Below, piece after piece: positions 49,861 to 60,546 of a stretch of 64,000 bases of DNA. The notes under the pieces are model-generated. The model saw only the letters and a program-made list of their open reading frames with translations, was not told the DNA's origin and searched no databases. Source of the DNA: a virus. Lineage: Duplodnaviria > Heunggongvirae > Uroviricota > Caudoviricetes. Every line of letters starts with the position of its first letter. The stretch's first letter is position 1. Made by a program: the position numbers and the translations under genes. The DNA lies in the IMG/VR virus record IMGVR_UViG_3300037455_000543, positions 283,136 to 347,135 of that record. One strand, given 5' to 3'.

Positions 49861-50754
49861 TTACTTCTGCATTGCCTCGAACTTAATCTGCTTCTTAGCG
49901 TCTTCAACCTTACGGTGAATCTTAGCAGCAACTACGTTCATGATATCGTTTTCAAGGAGATCATAACGAGAGTTAATCAACTTACCGATGATATAATCGC
50001 TCTTTTCAGAGAGGTAACGACCAGTCTTGGCGTAGTAGTTGTAGTTTTCAGACTTGGTTTCGTCAGCAGGAGGTTCTTCATCTTCACCGCCGTTATTACC
50101 ATTATCTCCATTATTATCACCGTTATTATTGTCACCGCCGTTATTATTGGATCCGTTGTTGTCTCCACCGTTATCGTTGGATTCACCACCGTTATCCCCG
50201 CCGTTGTCTTCGGAACTTACAGAGTCGTCTTCAGAAAAGTCGTCACCGCCGAAATCGTCTCCACCGAAATCATCACCAGATTCTTCACCACCTTCAGTAG
50301 ATTCACCTTCATCAGAAGATTCGTCTTCCTTATTGAGGTTATCAACCTTGTCAGTTAATGTCTGGATAGCAGTTGTAAGGGTAGAAAGGATATCCTTTAA
50401 TTCAGTAGTAGCTTCAGCTTCTTCCTTTGTACCGTCATCTTCTTTCTTTTCTTCGCTGGAATCTTCGCCGAAATCATCCATGCTTTCAGAATCACCTTCG
50501 TCATCATCAGCAGTGAAATCAGATTCGCCGTCACCGGTATCATCTTCACCACCTTCAGATGGTTCTTCGGAAATGTCTACATTGTCATCGATATTATCGA
50601 TTGATGTATCTTTTTCTTCCTTTTCCTGTGTTTCTTCTTCCCCAGTTGAATCCTTTGTAACAACCGGTTGTTCTTCTTCACCGTCCAGGAATCCTTCGTT
50701 TATTGCATGGGCTTGCTTCCATGCCTTGAACTTTGTTTCTTCGCTTCTATTCAT
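49861..50754 (-). CDS. Highly acidic late protein (core/scaffold-like)
   Basis: TATAAATA upstream; D/E/G/N low complexity. Confidence 0.7.
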   Translation of the reverse strand: MNRSEETKFKAWKQAHAINEGFLDGEEEQPVVTKDSTGEEETQEKEEKDTSIDNIDDNVDISEEPSEGGEDDTGDGESDFTADDDEGDSESMDDFGEDSSEEKKEDDGTKEEAEATTELKDILSTLTTAIQTLTDKVDNLNKEDESSDEGESTEGGEESGDDFGGDDFGGDDFSEDDSVSSEDNGGDNGGESNDNGGDNNGSNNNGGDNNNGDNNGDNGNNGGEDEEPPADETKSENYNYYAKTGRYLSEKSDYIIGKLINSRYDLLENDIMNVVAAKIHRKVEDAKKQIKFEAMQK

Positions 50755-50804
50755 AGTATTAAAACCCTTTATATAATTTTTATATATTATTTATATCACT
50801 TTAA

Positions 50805-51215
50805 TTAAAGTGTATTTTTGAAAATTTGGAACTCTGTAGAATTGTATAATTCAGCGAATTTTCTATCCAGATCCATGCATTTCATGAAATTCTTCTCTTC
50901 CTGACATGCAACACACTTAATATCTTCCAAATATGTATCAAATGTGGCCTTATAATTAGTGGATCTCTTGAATAAATCCATTGCCGCGTAAGGACGGAAG
51001 TTATTTCTTAATACTTTTACTGTATCGTCGTTAAGATCCTTAACGAACTTTTCTGCCTTATCAACTGCATTTTTAACAGTTTCATCCTTCTGTACAGTTT
51101 CGATGTCAGACTTCAGGAGTTTCGGTATAATCAATATGTATACCAGTGGATTGTTTTCAGCAGAAGAAAACTTCGCCGTCTCGTTAATCATGTATTCACT
51201 TAATGTATTGTTCAT
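50805..51215 (-). CDS. Late hypothetical protein
   Basis: ATGA overlap with upstream gene. Confidence 0.7.
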   Translation of the reverse strand: MNNTLSEYMINETAKFSSAENNPLVYILIIPKLLKSDIETVQKDETVKNAVDKAEKFVKDLNDDTVKVLRNNFRPYAAMDLFKRSTNYKATFDTYLEDIKCVACQEEKNFMKCMDLDRKFAELYNSTEFQIFKNTL

Positions 51216-51541
51216 TTTTTACTCTTTTCCTTATCGGCGTCATATTCATACTTAGCAGCGATTTTTGTCAAAGAAATGGCCATTTGATTCAATGTGGCTT
51301 TCATTTCCTTAATATCTTCTTTAATACCGCCAGTCTCTGTTGTCAGGTTATCTACGTCCTTCTTCATAAGCATATACTCCCTTTCCAGCTCATTTTGCTT
51401 CTCACGAAGTTCATCAGCAGCAGTGTCTCTGCTTGCAGCAGTATTCTTTCTTTGTACATATACAATCAAATATACTACTGCGGCTGCCAGAATAGCAGTT
51501 GCATTGCCTGATTCAAACGCAGTCTTAATAAGTTCTTCCAT
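51212..51541 (-). CDS. TM plus coiled-coil protein (holin-like)
   Basis: Single N-terminal TM, heptad repeat; TATAAATA upstream. Confidence 0.55.
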   Translation of the reverse strand: MEELIKTAFESGNATAILAAAVVYLIVYVQRKNTAASRDTAADELREKQNELEREYMLMKKDVDNLTTETGGIKEDIKEMKATLNQMAISLTKIAAKYEYDADKEKSKK

Positions 51542-51579
51542 AGTTTCGGTTTCCTTTTATAATATATTTATAAAAGTTA

Positions 51580-52449
51580 TTACGAGTCACTCCAGGAAGG
51601 TTTAGTTGAATCCCAGTAATAGAATGTCTTTGGATCTCTACGTTTATCAGGATCAGTTTCACATACCCAAAGTCTGGTATAATCGTCTACTTTTTGTTCA
51701 GCTGCGGTTAAATCACCAGCAAGAATCTTTAACATGTCATATATGGCAGAAAGGGCCATATCCTGAACAGTATTCTTACTGCCAAGGTTATCGATCTGGC
51801 TTCTTAGATTAACATAATCCTGGTCATTTACCAATCCAGCTTTATAACCTGATTCCAAACTGCCTGAGACAGTCCAAAGGATATCTCGTACAGCAGGACT
51901 TAAATGTAACGGTCTTTCGACTGTACCTGTACCCTGAATCTCCGCGTTATTGGTATAGATTCCACTCCATGCAGATACGTCATACTTCTGTGCAAGGATA
52001 TCATTCATTGCAGAAAGTGTTTCATATATGTCAGGTACGTACCCTGCGGAATTCCATATACCGCTATTTGCAGACACACATCCTGCCGCATCTTCCAGCG
52101 CAGAGTAATTATCAAGTCTTTCATAAGCAGACAGAGCTGCGGAAATATCTTCCGGGTTAAACGCAGACAACGCGGACAGATCTACCAGGGTATTCCATCT
52201 TTCATAATCCGCGGAGGTAACACAGATACAATCATCTTCCTCATGGTTACAGCAATCATTCCACCATGGCTGTACTATAGCAGGTTCTGAATCATTCCAT
52301 CTGGGATGTATATTATGTGGCCAATCCGCGTGTGGTACGAACGGAGGTTCATGATGCGGGATGTTATCTGGTGTAAAATCATCCGGTTCTGGCGGATGAG
52401 GCGGATAATAACCGTCATACGGGTACTGTGGTGGAAATCTTTTATTCAT
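51580..52449 (-). CDS. Late protein, Pro/His-rich N-terminus, possible virion fibre
   Basis: TATAAATA-N4-ATG; LSA / SANS.W motifs. Confidence 0.65.
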   Translation of the reverse strand: MNKRFPPQYPYDGYYPPHPPEPDDFTPDNIPHHEPPFVPHADWPHNIHPRWNDSEPAIVQPWWNDCCNHEEDDCICVTSADYERWNTLVDLSALSAFNPEDISAALSAYERLDNYSALEDAAGCVSANSGIWNSAGYVPDIYETLSAMNDILAQKYDVSAWSGIYTNNAEIQGTGTVERPLHLSPAVRDILWTVSGSLESGYKAGLVNDQDYVNLRSQIDNLGSKNTVQDMALSAIYDMLKILAGDLTAAEQKVDDYTRLWVCETDPDKRRDPKTFYYWDSTKPSWSDS

Positions 52450-52518
52450 ATATTATTTATAATACAGTAAAAACCACTGTTTTTGAGACAGTGGTTTCGT
52501 CATCTGATGACGGTTTAA

Positions 52519-52998
52519 TTAAACGTACCTAGACGCAATCTTCTCAACCCAAGACGGTTCATGTTCAGGTTTTGCTGGAGCCGGAGCAGGATTCGGTGCT
52601 GGTGCAGCAGCTGGAGCAGCCGGCGCTGGGGTTTCAGCAGGAGCAGGAGTTTCGGCAGGTGCTGGATTCGGTGCTGGTGCAGCAGCCGGAGCTTTCTTTA
52701 CGGAATAACCCGCATCTGTTGCAACACGCATTGCCTGGTTAATCTGATCATTAGTTGCTTGCTGTACTGGAGCTTTACGTACTGTATAACCAGCATCTGT
52801 CGCAATCCTCAAAGCTTGGTTAATATCATCGGTACTGGCAGTACTTGTAGTACCTGTCGGATCCTTACGTACTGTATAACCGTTTGCTTTTGCGATGTTC
52901 TTCGCAATGTCCAGCTTATTATCCGGTAAAGAAACACCGTAACCAGCGTTACGAACAACTTCCTTTGCCTTCAAGATATCGTCTATAGAATATTCCAT
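52519..52998 (-). CDS. Late protein with four A...GY.V repeats and Pro/Ala linker
   Basis: GAGG RBS before MEYS; repeats. Confidence 0.7.
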   Translation of the reverse strand: MEYSIDDILKAKEVVRNAGYGVSLPDNKLDIAKNIAKANGYTVRKDPTGTTSTASTDDINQALRIATDAGYTVRKAPVQQATNDQINQAMRVATDAGYSVKKAPAAAPAPNPAPAETPAPAETPAPAAPAAAPAPNPAPAPAKPEHEPSWVEKIASRYV

Positions 52999-53032
52999 TT
53001 TATTTTTCCTCACTAGTGTATTAACTTGTTAT

Positions 53033-54394
53033 TTATACTAAAACTTGACCGTTATAACGGAGAGCTCCATCAGAGTCTTTTCTCCAGTTATTTATAAATG
53101 ACGAGAGGTTCTGACAATCAACTGCGAAATCCGATGTCGGATCCTTTGCAATCTTTATTGCTGCTTCTGTCACAGTAATGAACTTTTCCCCGTCATACAT
53201 CATATGGTTGTCACCAGATTCCGTAGAAAGAACTTCTTCTTCATATACTGCAGGTAATCGTTCCAAGTCAAGTTTTTCATACCCACAATCTTTCTTGACG
53301 TATATATAACCTTCTGCATCAGTAAATGTACCGTCTTCGAGTTCTTCCAGGTCTAATGCTTCATCCGGGTGTAACTGTCCCCATGCAGCTTTAAACGAAT
53401 CGATAGTTGTACTCCAGTAACGTACAGCTTTAATCTTCTTCCAGGAACCGTCTTTGAGATTACTCCACTTAAGATCATCTCCTTCCAAACCACCCGGGAA
53501 TATGTTTTTACTGAGGTTATATGCGTTGTTCGCGTTCTTCAGTTTATGTGGATCCACGCAGAGTTTATAAGTCGAATCTATTTCGGTCTTAAGATTACTT
53601 ATCTGTACCTGAGCTCCTTCTAATCCACCGTATATACTATTACGGTACTCAGTAGATATATTATAACTGTCACCGGACTTCTGTAGTTTGAGTACACTCA
53701 TACTATGGTTGAAGAAGTTACTGGCAGTTGCAATCTCAGCGCAGGACTTACTGTCATCGAATGCACACTGGAAGAAATCACATAGTTTCTGCAGGTAATC
53801 AATGACACCGTAATCTATCAGCTGGTCCAGGTAATCTTCGCAGAGTTTCTTCAACTGTCTGATCTTACGTGCAATCCATCTATAATATGTTTCCAGCTGA
53901 TCCTTACACCAACCCAGGAATTCCTTTATGTACGAAATACCGAACTCTACAGTGAATCCCGCGGAACAAACCATCTGCTGGAATTGGGAGAAATCACTTA
54001 TCACTCCCCTAATATTATTGATTAACGGTTCTACTTCGATACATTGTTTCTTCCACCACTTGATAAGTTTCTTCATTAACCATGAATCCGGGTCAAGTAA
54101 CTCATTAAGCAATGCAAGACATTTCCACAGTCTGTGACACCAGAAACTCTTATCTGTACCGAACAACGCGTTATATAACATGTCGAACAGTTCTTTTTCA
54201 TACTGTTTGACGAGATCCACAATCAGTTTGATGGTATGATCCATCATGTATTCAGCGACTGTGATAGCGGCAGTGGCCACGGATTCTATACGGTTAAGTA
54301 ATCCTTTTGCCAAAGCTGAATAACCTTCAATCGCCGCACGGATTAATTCGAGGGATCCGTACAAGTATGTACACATTAAACTGGTTGCGCTCAT
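53033..54394 (-). CDS. Late hypothetical protein (453 aa)
   Basis: TATAAATA upstream. Confidence 0.8.
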   Translation of the reverse strand: MSATSLMCTYLYGSLELIRAAIEGYSALAKGLLNRIESVATAAITVAEYMMDHTIKLIVDLVKQYEKELFDMLYNALFGTDKSFWCHRLWKCLALLNELLDPDSWLMKKLIKWWKKQCIEVEPLINNIRGVISDFSQFQQMVCSAGFTVEFGISYIKEFLGWCKDQLETYYRWIARKIRQLKKLCEDYLDQLIDYGVIDYLQKLCDFFQCAFDDSKSCAEIATASNFFNHSMSVLKLQKSGDSYNISTEYRNSIYGGLEGAQVQISNLKTEIDSTYKLCVDPHKLKNANNAYNLSKNIFPGGLEGDDLKWSNLKDGSWKKIKAVRYWSTTIDSFKAAWGQLHPDEALDLEELEDGTFTDAEGYIYVKKDCGYEKLDLERLPAVYEEEVLSTESGDNHMMYDGEKFITVTEAAIKIAKDPTSDFAVDCQNLSSFINNWRKDSDGALRYNGQVLV

Positions 54395-54465
54395 TAAAAA
54401 TTTCCGGGGAAGTTTTTTATTTTTATATATTTATAACGAAAAAAGGACAGAGCAGATCTATCCAT

Positions 54466-54920
54466 TGAACTTTAGATGTTCGGAGATGTCCATGTTAGGG
54501 TGATCGTCTTAAAGTCAGGTTCTTTGAGTTCTATCCTACACCAGCGAGTTAAACATGGACCGGAGACATCAAGCCTATCCAGGAACACTGAATAGACTGA
54601 CAGGTATGGACCATCAACCTCTGTGGGATTTACTTATAGGCTTACGATGCAGGCATTCCGGCTCACCGACTACATCCTATAATACCGATGCGGCTATCTA
54701 GGTTCTTTGTTATCAGAACCCTCTGCGGTAATATACGCTAGACTGTTTCTTGTAATACCACGGATTAGGTATAACTCGGCCGTCCGAGCCAAGAAACTTA
54801 CTGAAAGGACTTACCTCATCCCCAGCGGCTTACCCTCTACCGACAGCATCATTGAGTTGAGTTTCGCTCCGAGGAATAAGACTTACTATGTAATTGCGTT
54901 TCTTAGGGAACCTAAGTTCA
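54466..54920 (-). ncRNA. Large structured ncRNA candidate
   Basis: Ends pair (UGAACUUAG / CUAAAGUUCA); internal stems; terminator at 54439-54463; promoter -10 at 55048-55053. Confidence 0.6.
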
Positions 54921-55143
54921 TTATTATATATAACAGTTTTCCACTGGAACCTTTTGTCCCAGTTTATTAATAATATACTAACAGTTTACTAACATGTTAT
55001 AAACACAGTTACAACATATTGAACCCAGTTACCTATTTTTTGGTTTAAATATAGAAAAGTTTTCTGTTTTGTAAAGTTATAGAAATATTTAGATTTTAAT
55101 GTTAACGTTTATAAACATTTACTTTTTTACTATATTTGTGTAT

Positions 55144-56904
55144 ATGTATATTGAATTTGAAAAGCTTTCGTTTTGTAATATATTGTCCTATGGTGCCCAA
55201 GGCGCAGAGATAAAGTTCCAGCCGGGCCTCAATACAATCAGAGCTCCGAACGGTTCAGGTAAGTCTACTATGTTGGACGCTCTTACATTCGTATTGTTCG
55301 GCAAACCCTATAGAGACATCAAGCTGGATGAATTGATCAATGAAACCAATAAGAAGGGTCTGGAAGTAACGATCGACTTCCGTATTGGTAAGGATAAGTA
55401 TTCTATCACACGCGGATTGAAACCGACTGTTCTTACGATCATGAAGAACGGAAAGGAAATGGATCTTCTATCCACGAAGAAACTCACGCAGGATGAAATC
55501 GATAAGTTACTGGGGATTAACCTCAGACTTTTCAAGAATATTGTCGCCGTCGCGTGTACGAATAACAAACCATTCCTGTCGTTACCTATCGGTGATAAAC
55601 GTGCTCTGATGGAAAACATATTTAACATAGACAAGCTTGGAGCTATGTTAAAGGACGTAAAGAAGCAAAAAACAGCTTCAAATGCGGAATATTCTATAAA
55701 AAATACAGAATTATCTGGTATAAACCAGCAGATCAACGATAATAATAACTATATTTCGCAGATGGAAGAATATATTTCCACGTTTAACGAAACTCGAAAC
55801 GCGAACATCGAAAAGTTAAACGAGCAGATCAAACAGTACCAGACACGAATCAATAAAGCTGGTAAGAACATTACGTTGGCGGAAAATAAGATTACGGAGT
55901 TAACGGAATCTATTAAAGGTAAGTCTGTACAGGACGAAATCGAGCAGATAAACATAGAGATCGGTAAAACCATGTCGACTATCGAGAAAAACGGTACGAC
56001 ACTTGAGAAACTTAAGAAGACAAAACTCTGTCCTATCTGTAAGAGTCCATTGGATGAAGGACATGCGAAGAAACACCTGGAAGAATTACAGCAGGAACTC
56101 GATGACATGGAAAAGAACAAGTACCCGGTTCTTCAGCAGAAGTATGCAGAGCTTGTTCAGATTCAGAAAGAGTATAACGAATCTGTTGGATTCATTCGTG
56201 AAATCAGGGAAAAGCTTAATGCAGAAAAGAACATAAAGTCCCAAGCAGAAAACGATCTTTCCAAGGTTGAACATTCATTAGAGACAGAACAAAATAAGAC
56301 ATGTCCTGCAAACCTGGACAAGTACAAGTTAAAGCTTGAAGAGTTACAGGTACGATTCGATGCGATTAAATGTGACTGTGAGCAGTTGATAGAAGACATG
56401 AAGTTGCAGAACGAATTGATTGATATCCTTGGTGATTCTGGTATCAAGACATACTTCTATAGAAAGCTTATCGCTTTACTTAATAAGAACGTTAATGAAT
56501 TCCTGGTCAAGTTCGAGATGAATAACATTCATATAGAATTTGATGAACAAATGAAGGAATGTATCACGAAGAATATGAAGGGTAGATCCTATAATTCGTT
56601 CTCTGGCGGTGAGAAGACTCGTATTGATATGTCTATCCTACTGTCGTTCTTTAACATCAGCAGATTGATTTCTAACTGGAGTTCTAACCTGGTATTCATA
56701 GATGAATTGCTGGATCAGAACATAGATAAACCAGGTATCGACCAGTTCGTATGTACGTTATATAATATAATAGCGGAAGGTAAGAAAAACCTGGGAATAT
56801 ATATCATATCACACATGCTGGGAGAAATGAAGGTTCCAGTAACGTCATCAGTGATAATAAGAAAAGTACATGACTTTAGTACATTAGAGGTTAAATATGG
56901 TTAA
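55144..56904 (+). CDS. Recombination endonuclease ATPase subunit (T4 gp46/Rad50/SbcC-like)
   Basis: NGSGKST Walker A, CPIC hook, FSGGE signature, FIDE Walker B; leaderless start. Confidence 0.95.
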   Translation: MYIEFEKLSFCNILSYGAQGAEIKFQPGLNTIRAPNGSGKSTMLDALTFVLFGKPYRDIKLDELINETNKKGLEVTIDFRIGKDKYSITRGLKPTVLTIMKNGKEMDLLSTKKLTQDEIDKLLGINLRLFKNIVAVACTNNKPFLSLPIGDKRALMENIFNIDKLGAMLKDVKKQKTASNAEYSIKNTELSGINQQINDNNNYISQMEEYISTFNETRNANIEKLNEQIKQYQTRINKAGKNITLAENKITELTESIKGKSVQDEIEQINIEIGKTMSTIEKNGTTLEKLKKTKLCPICKSPLDEGHAKKHLEELQQELDDMEKNKYPVLQQKYAELVQIQKEYNESVGFIREIREKLNAEKNIKSQAENDLSKVEHSLETEQNKTCPANLDKYKLKLEELQVRFDAIKCDCEQLIEDMKLQNELIDILGDSGIKTYFYRKLIALLNKNVNEFLVKFEMNNIHIEFDEQMKECITKNMKGRSYNSFSGGEKTRIDMSILLSFFNISRLISNWSSNLVFIDELLDQNIDKPGIDQFVCTLYNIIAEGKKNLGIYIISHMLGEMKVPVTSSVIIRKVHDFSTLEVKYG

Positions 56905-57154
56905 TTGGCAACAAGTAACCCCAGCAGATGCAATCATGCTCTGTGAACGTTGGGGATTCAAGATGAAGGAAATTGATTTCTTCGCAATGGAAGAGAAGGA
57001 ATATTATGTACCTGAAACCGGATTCAGTTTCAAGTACAAGATTCAAAACTCTGACCCAGTAAAGTTCTTTATCGATCCGTACATCAACGGTAAATCGGTT
57101 ACAGTGGAAGAATTCAAAGCAGCAGTTACTGACTATTATAATTCAAAGAAGTAG
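56897..57154 (+). CDS. Hypothetical protein
   Basis: GAGGTTAA RBS; operonic. Confidence 0.75.
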   Translation: MVNWQQVTPADAIMLCERWGFKMKEIDFFAMEEKEYYVPETGFSFKYKIQNSDPVKFFIDPYINGKSVTVEEFKAAVTDYYNSKK

Positions 57155-57159
57155 GTTTG

Positions 57160-58188
57160 ATGAAAGTCGCATTACTAGCAGATTTACATTTCGGTGTTAA
57201 ACGCGGTGACCAGATCTGGATGAATTCGCAAGTCAGATTCTTTGAAAAACAGCTTGTACCGGAATTAAAGAGTAAGAATATTACGGAGATATGGATTCTT
57301 GGCGATGTATTCGATACCAGAGAATCAGTGAACGTGAACGTCATCGGTACTGTAATCCACGTTTTCAAGGACATTTTAAAGGATTTCAACGTGACATGTA
57401 TCGTTGGAAACCATGACATGTACCTTAAAACCAGTACAGAAATACATTCCCTAAAGATCCTAGATCTATTACCGAACGTAAAGGTATATGATAAACGTGC
57501 AGAAATGGAAGTAGACGGCAAGAGCATACTACTCTTACCTTGGATAACTGACTATGCTGAACCTCTGGGTTTAAAGAAAAAGTACGATTACTGTCTGTCA
57601 CATTTAGATATCATCGGTTATGACATGGGATCCGGTCGTCTTTCTGATTCTGGAATCTACGCGAATGAACTCCTGAAGAATATCAAGCATGTATATGCTG
57701 GACATTATCACGAAGGTGTATACCGTACATACGAAGGTGGAAAGTCCATCTGTTATATTGGAGCTCCGTACCAGATCACACGTAATGATTACAACCGTCC
57801 TAGAGGGTACAGAATCCTGGACGTGGGTACAGAGAAGGATGAATTCATACAGAACCATGAATCGATCATCTTCACGAAACATACGTACCCGGATGACGTG
57901 GATGAATCCGTTATCTCAGGAAACGTGGTCGACATGGATGTACCTATCGAACTCGCGGATAAGAAGTTCAATGCATATATAGAAAAGCTGGAGAAGATGA
58001 ATCCTGCTTATCCTGTCAACGTGAACGTACTTATTACTGAATCAGAAGAACTCGATATCATTGATACTGATAACCTGAACATCGTTACGTTATTCAATGA
58101 ATTCATTAAGACACATGAGACGGAAGTAGATAAGGATAAGCTGACAACTGCGTTCATGGATCTCTATAACCAGTATAAGGAAGATTAA
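57160..58188 (+). CDS. Recombination nuclease subunit (T4 gp47/Mre11/SbcD-like)
   Basis: DLHFG, LGDVFD, GNHD, GHYH motifs. Confidence 0.95.
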   Translation: MKVALLADLHFGVKRGDQIWMNSQVRFFEKQLVPELKSKNITEIWILGDVFDTRESVNVNVIGTVIHVFKDILKDFNVTCIVGNHDMYLKTSTEIHSLKILDLLPNVKVYDKRAEMEVDGKSILLLPWITDYAEPLGLKKKYDYCLSHLDIIGYDMGSGRLSDSGIYANELLKNIKHVYAGHYHEGVYRTYEGGKSICYIGAPYQITRNDYNRPRGYRILDVGTEKDEFIQNHESIIFTKHTYPDDVDESVISGNVVDMDVPIELADKKFNAYIEKLEKMNPAYPVNVNVLITESEELDIIDTDNLNIVTLFNEFIKTHETEVDKDKLTTAFMDLYNQYKED

Positions 58189-58189
58189 T

Positions 58190-58747
58190 ATGAATTTTGT
58201 CGTAATGGGAATTGACCGTATTGGTAAGAATACTTTTATAGAAAAGATATTAAAGGATTTCGATCCTGAACTTAAAGAAATACATCTCAGCAAACCTCCC
58301 GCTGACGTGGATCCGTTAATGTTCACCAAAGCAGAGTATGCAGAATACTTCATGGAATTAAAGAAGAAGGACCATCTCTGTTATAACCGCGGACATATCG
58401 ATGAATTCGTGTATGGACCGCTGTACCGTGAGCAGAATACGTACTGGTTAAAGATCTACGAAGAAGAACTTTGGGATGATGTACAGAATACGGTATTCAT
58501 ACTCCTTATCTCAGAGAACTTTAACGTAATGGAAGATGACGGCAACTCGTTGGATTATTCCAGGAGACAGGAAGAACAGGATTTGTTCATCAAACATTTC
58601 CAGGAATCACCGATGACGAATAAGATTATCATCAGAACGATTGACCGTAACGGTTACAGGTTAATCTCTTCTATTAAGGAAGACCTGATTCGTGAAATTG
58701 TAAAAATCACAGAGAAAAACGCAAAGCTTAACAATAACCTGAAATAA
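58190..58747 (+). CDS. Thymidylate/dNMP kinase-like P-loop protein
   Basis: GIDRIGKNT; NRGHIDEFVYGP; adjacent to thyA. Confidence 0.75.
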   Translation: MNFVVMGIDRIGKNTFIEKILKDFDPELKEIHLSKPPADVDPLMFTKAEYAEYFMELKKKDHLCYNRGHIDEFVYGPLYREQNTYWLKIYEEELWDDVQNTVFILLISENFNVMEDDGNSLDYSRRQEEQDLFIKHFQESPMTNKIIIRTIDRNGYRLISSIKEDLIREIVKITEKNAKLNNNLK

Positions 58748-58764
58748 TTTCTATATTTAACAGT

Positions 58765-59613
58765 ATGAAACAGTATTTGGAAGTATTAAATAGAATCCTT
58801 ACAGAAGGTAAGATCAAACATAACCGTACAGGTGTCGATACTCTATCAGTTTCAGGTACCATGTTGGAATTCGACATGTCTACCGGAAAGTTTCCGCTGA
58901 TGACAACAAAGAAAATGGGTCTGAAGAACATCTGCGCTGAACTGGAAATGTTTCTCCATGGGATTACAGATAAGAAGTTCCTACAGGATCGTAACTGTCA
59001 TATTTGGGATGATTGGTGTAACCCGAAGAAAGTTCCGTACGGTACAGACGACGTTACCAAACAGAAAATGAAGGACGAATCCGATCTTGGTCCTATCTAC
59101 GGAAGTCAATGGGTTAATTTTAACGGTGAAGGGGTAAACCAGTTACAGAAGGTACTCGATACTCTTAAGACGAATCCTACCGATCGTAGAATGATTGTTT
59201 CCGCGTGGAATCCACTGAAGCTGGACCAGATGGCGTTACCTCCATGTCATTACTGTTACCAGATCCTATGTAATGACGGTTATGTAGATCTGTTATGGAA
59301 TCAACGTTCATCGGATTATCCTATTGGAGTTCCATACGACATCGCATCGTACGCAATGTTACTTACTCTTATCTGTAAGCAGGTAAACATGAAACCCGGT
59401 AAGTTAATTGGTTTCTTCGCAGATTCCCATATCTATGTCAATCAGATTGAAGGTGTCAAGGAACAACTTTCCAGGGAACCGTATGAATTACCAACAGTAA
59501 AGATTACCAACGCTGACGATCCTAACTGGACTATCTGGGACTGGAAGTATACTGATTTTACTCTCGAAAACTATCAGTGCCATCCGGCTATCAAGATGCC
59601 AGTAGCAGTATAA
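58765..59613 (+). CDS. thyA: Thymidylate synthase
   Basis: RTG, LGPIYG.QW, RRMIVSAWNP, LPPCH, QRSSD, HIY.N. Confidence 0.96.
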   Translation: MKQYLEVLNRILTEGKIKHNRTGVDTLSVSGTMLEFDMSTGKFPLMTTKKMGLKNICAELEMFLHGITDKKFLQDRNCHIWDDWCNPKKVPYGTDDVTKQKMKDESDLGPIYGSQWVNFNGEGVNQLQKVLDTLKTNPTDRRMIVSAWNPLKLDQMALPPCHYCYQILCNDGYVDLLWNQRSSDYPIGVPYDIASYAMLLTLICKQVNMKPGKLIGFFADSHIYVNQIEGVKEQLSREPYELPTVKITNADDPNWTIWDWKYTDFTLENYQCHPAIKMPVAV

Positions 59614-59781
59614 ATATTACAGTTACGCTTACCTTTCCTGGTAAGACTGGCTCTCTACGGGGAGCATTGAGAGAACCTGTCGACGGGTTCTCTTTTCTAT
59701 ATCCAGTCAGTTTACGTAAACCCAGTCAACGGCAATTATAAATAATACAGATTAAACATTTAATTTAAAGGAGTTTATAAT

Positions 59782-60147
59782 ATGCCACTTAATTTTACAG
59801 CAGACCAGTTAGCCCAAGCCAGAGAACAGGAAAGAGCTATCAATGCTATGGATGACCGCGATTACATCGTAACCGTCTGTAACGTTATTGCCAATGCCCT
59901 TAAGTCTCCGACTACCAGAAATCTTGACCTTTCTGAAATCCGTCAGTTGGTTGCAAATGTTCAGGAACAGATTGAAGACAAGATTTATGCTCAGGCTGAC
60001 AAGCTCGAAGCTCCGGAAGAAGAACCTGGCCTCGGCGACGATGACCTCGATGATCTCGATCTCGGTGAATCAACCGAAACTTCCAAACAGTTCACTCTCA
60101 AGGAAGCAAAAGAGATTCTTCTCAAGTCCGGCTACAATATTGACTAG
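59782..60147 (+). CDS. Late hypothetical protein
   Basis: TATAAATA and AAGGAG; C-terminal LKEAKEILLKSGY. Confidence 0.75.
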   Translation: MPLNFTADQLAQAREQERAINAMDDRDYIVTVCNVIANALKSPTTRNLDLSEIRQLVANVQEQIEDKIYAQADKLEAPEEEPGLGDDDLDDLDLGESTETSKQFTLKEAKEILLKSGYNID

Positions 60148-60222
60148 TTTTTGCGTTTAACTAGGGAATAAAACAAAATCGGTAGTTTTAACTACCGATT
60201 TTTTAATTTAAAACACCAATTA

Positions 60223-60534
60223 TTAAGCGATTGCCGCCTGATACTTTTCAAGAACACAGGCTTCAATATGTTCTCGAAGCTGTCGGGTAATCGGACAGCA
60301 GATACTGCGGTAATCTTCACCCTTATAGAAGGGATCATTCGGATAACCGACGAACAAACCGTTTTCGCCTTCCATGACACGAAGTCCGCGAATCTGAATC
60401 TGGTCATTCAAAACAATCGTGGCCAAACCCTTCATGTGTCCCATGCTAGGACCTTCCTTGAAAGGGAAAACCTGAACATTGGTTACGGCCAGGCAGTCAA
60501 AGGCTTTGGATGTTTCTCTGATTTCGTTTTTCAT
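60223..60534 (-). CDS. spoVG: SpoVG-family nucleic-acid-binding protein
   Basis: KGLATIVLND..IRGLRVMEGENGLFVGYP...PITRQLRE. Confidence 0.88.
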   Translation of the reverse strand: MKNEIRETSKAFDCLAVTNVQVFPFKEGPSMGHMKGLATIVLNDQIQIRGLRVMEGENGLFVGYPNDPFYKGEDYRSICCPITRQLREHIEACVLEKYQAAIA

Positions 60535-60546
60535 TATTAACTCCTG

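Noticed and set aside
54490-54825. RNase P-like words (GAGGTAAGTCC; AGAACCTGACTT) in the second ncRNA
   Set aside because: P4 pairing is incomplete and the topology does not fit; needs an Rfam scan
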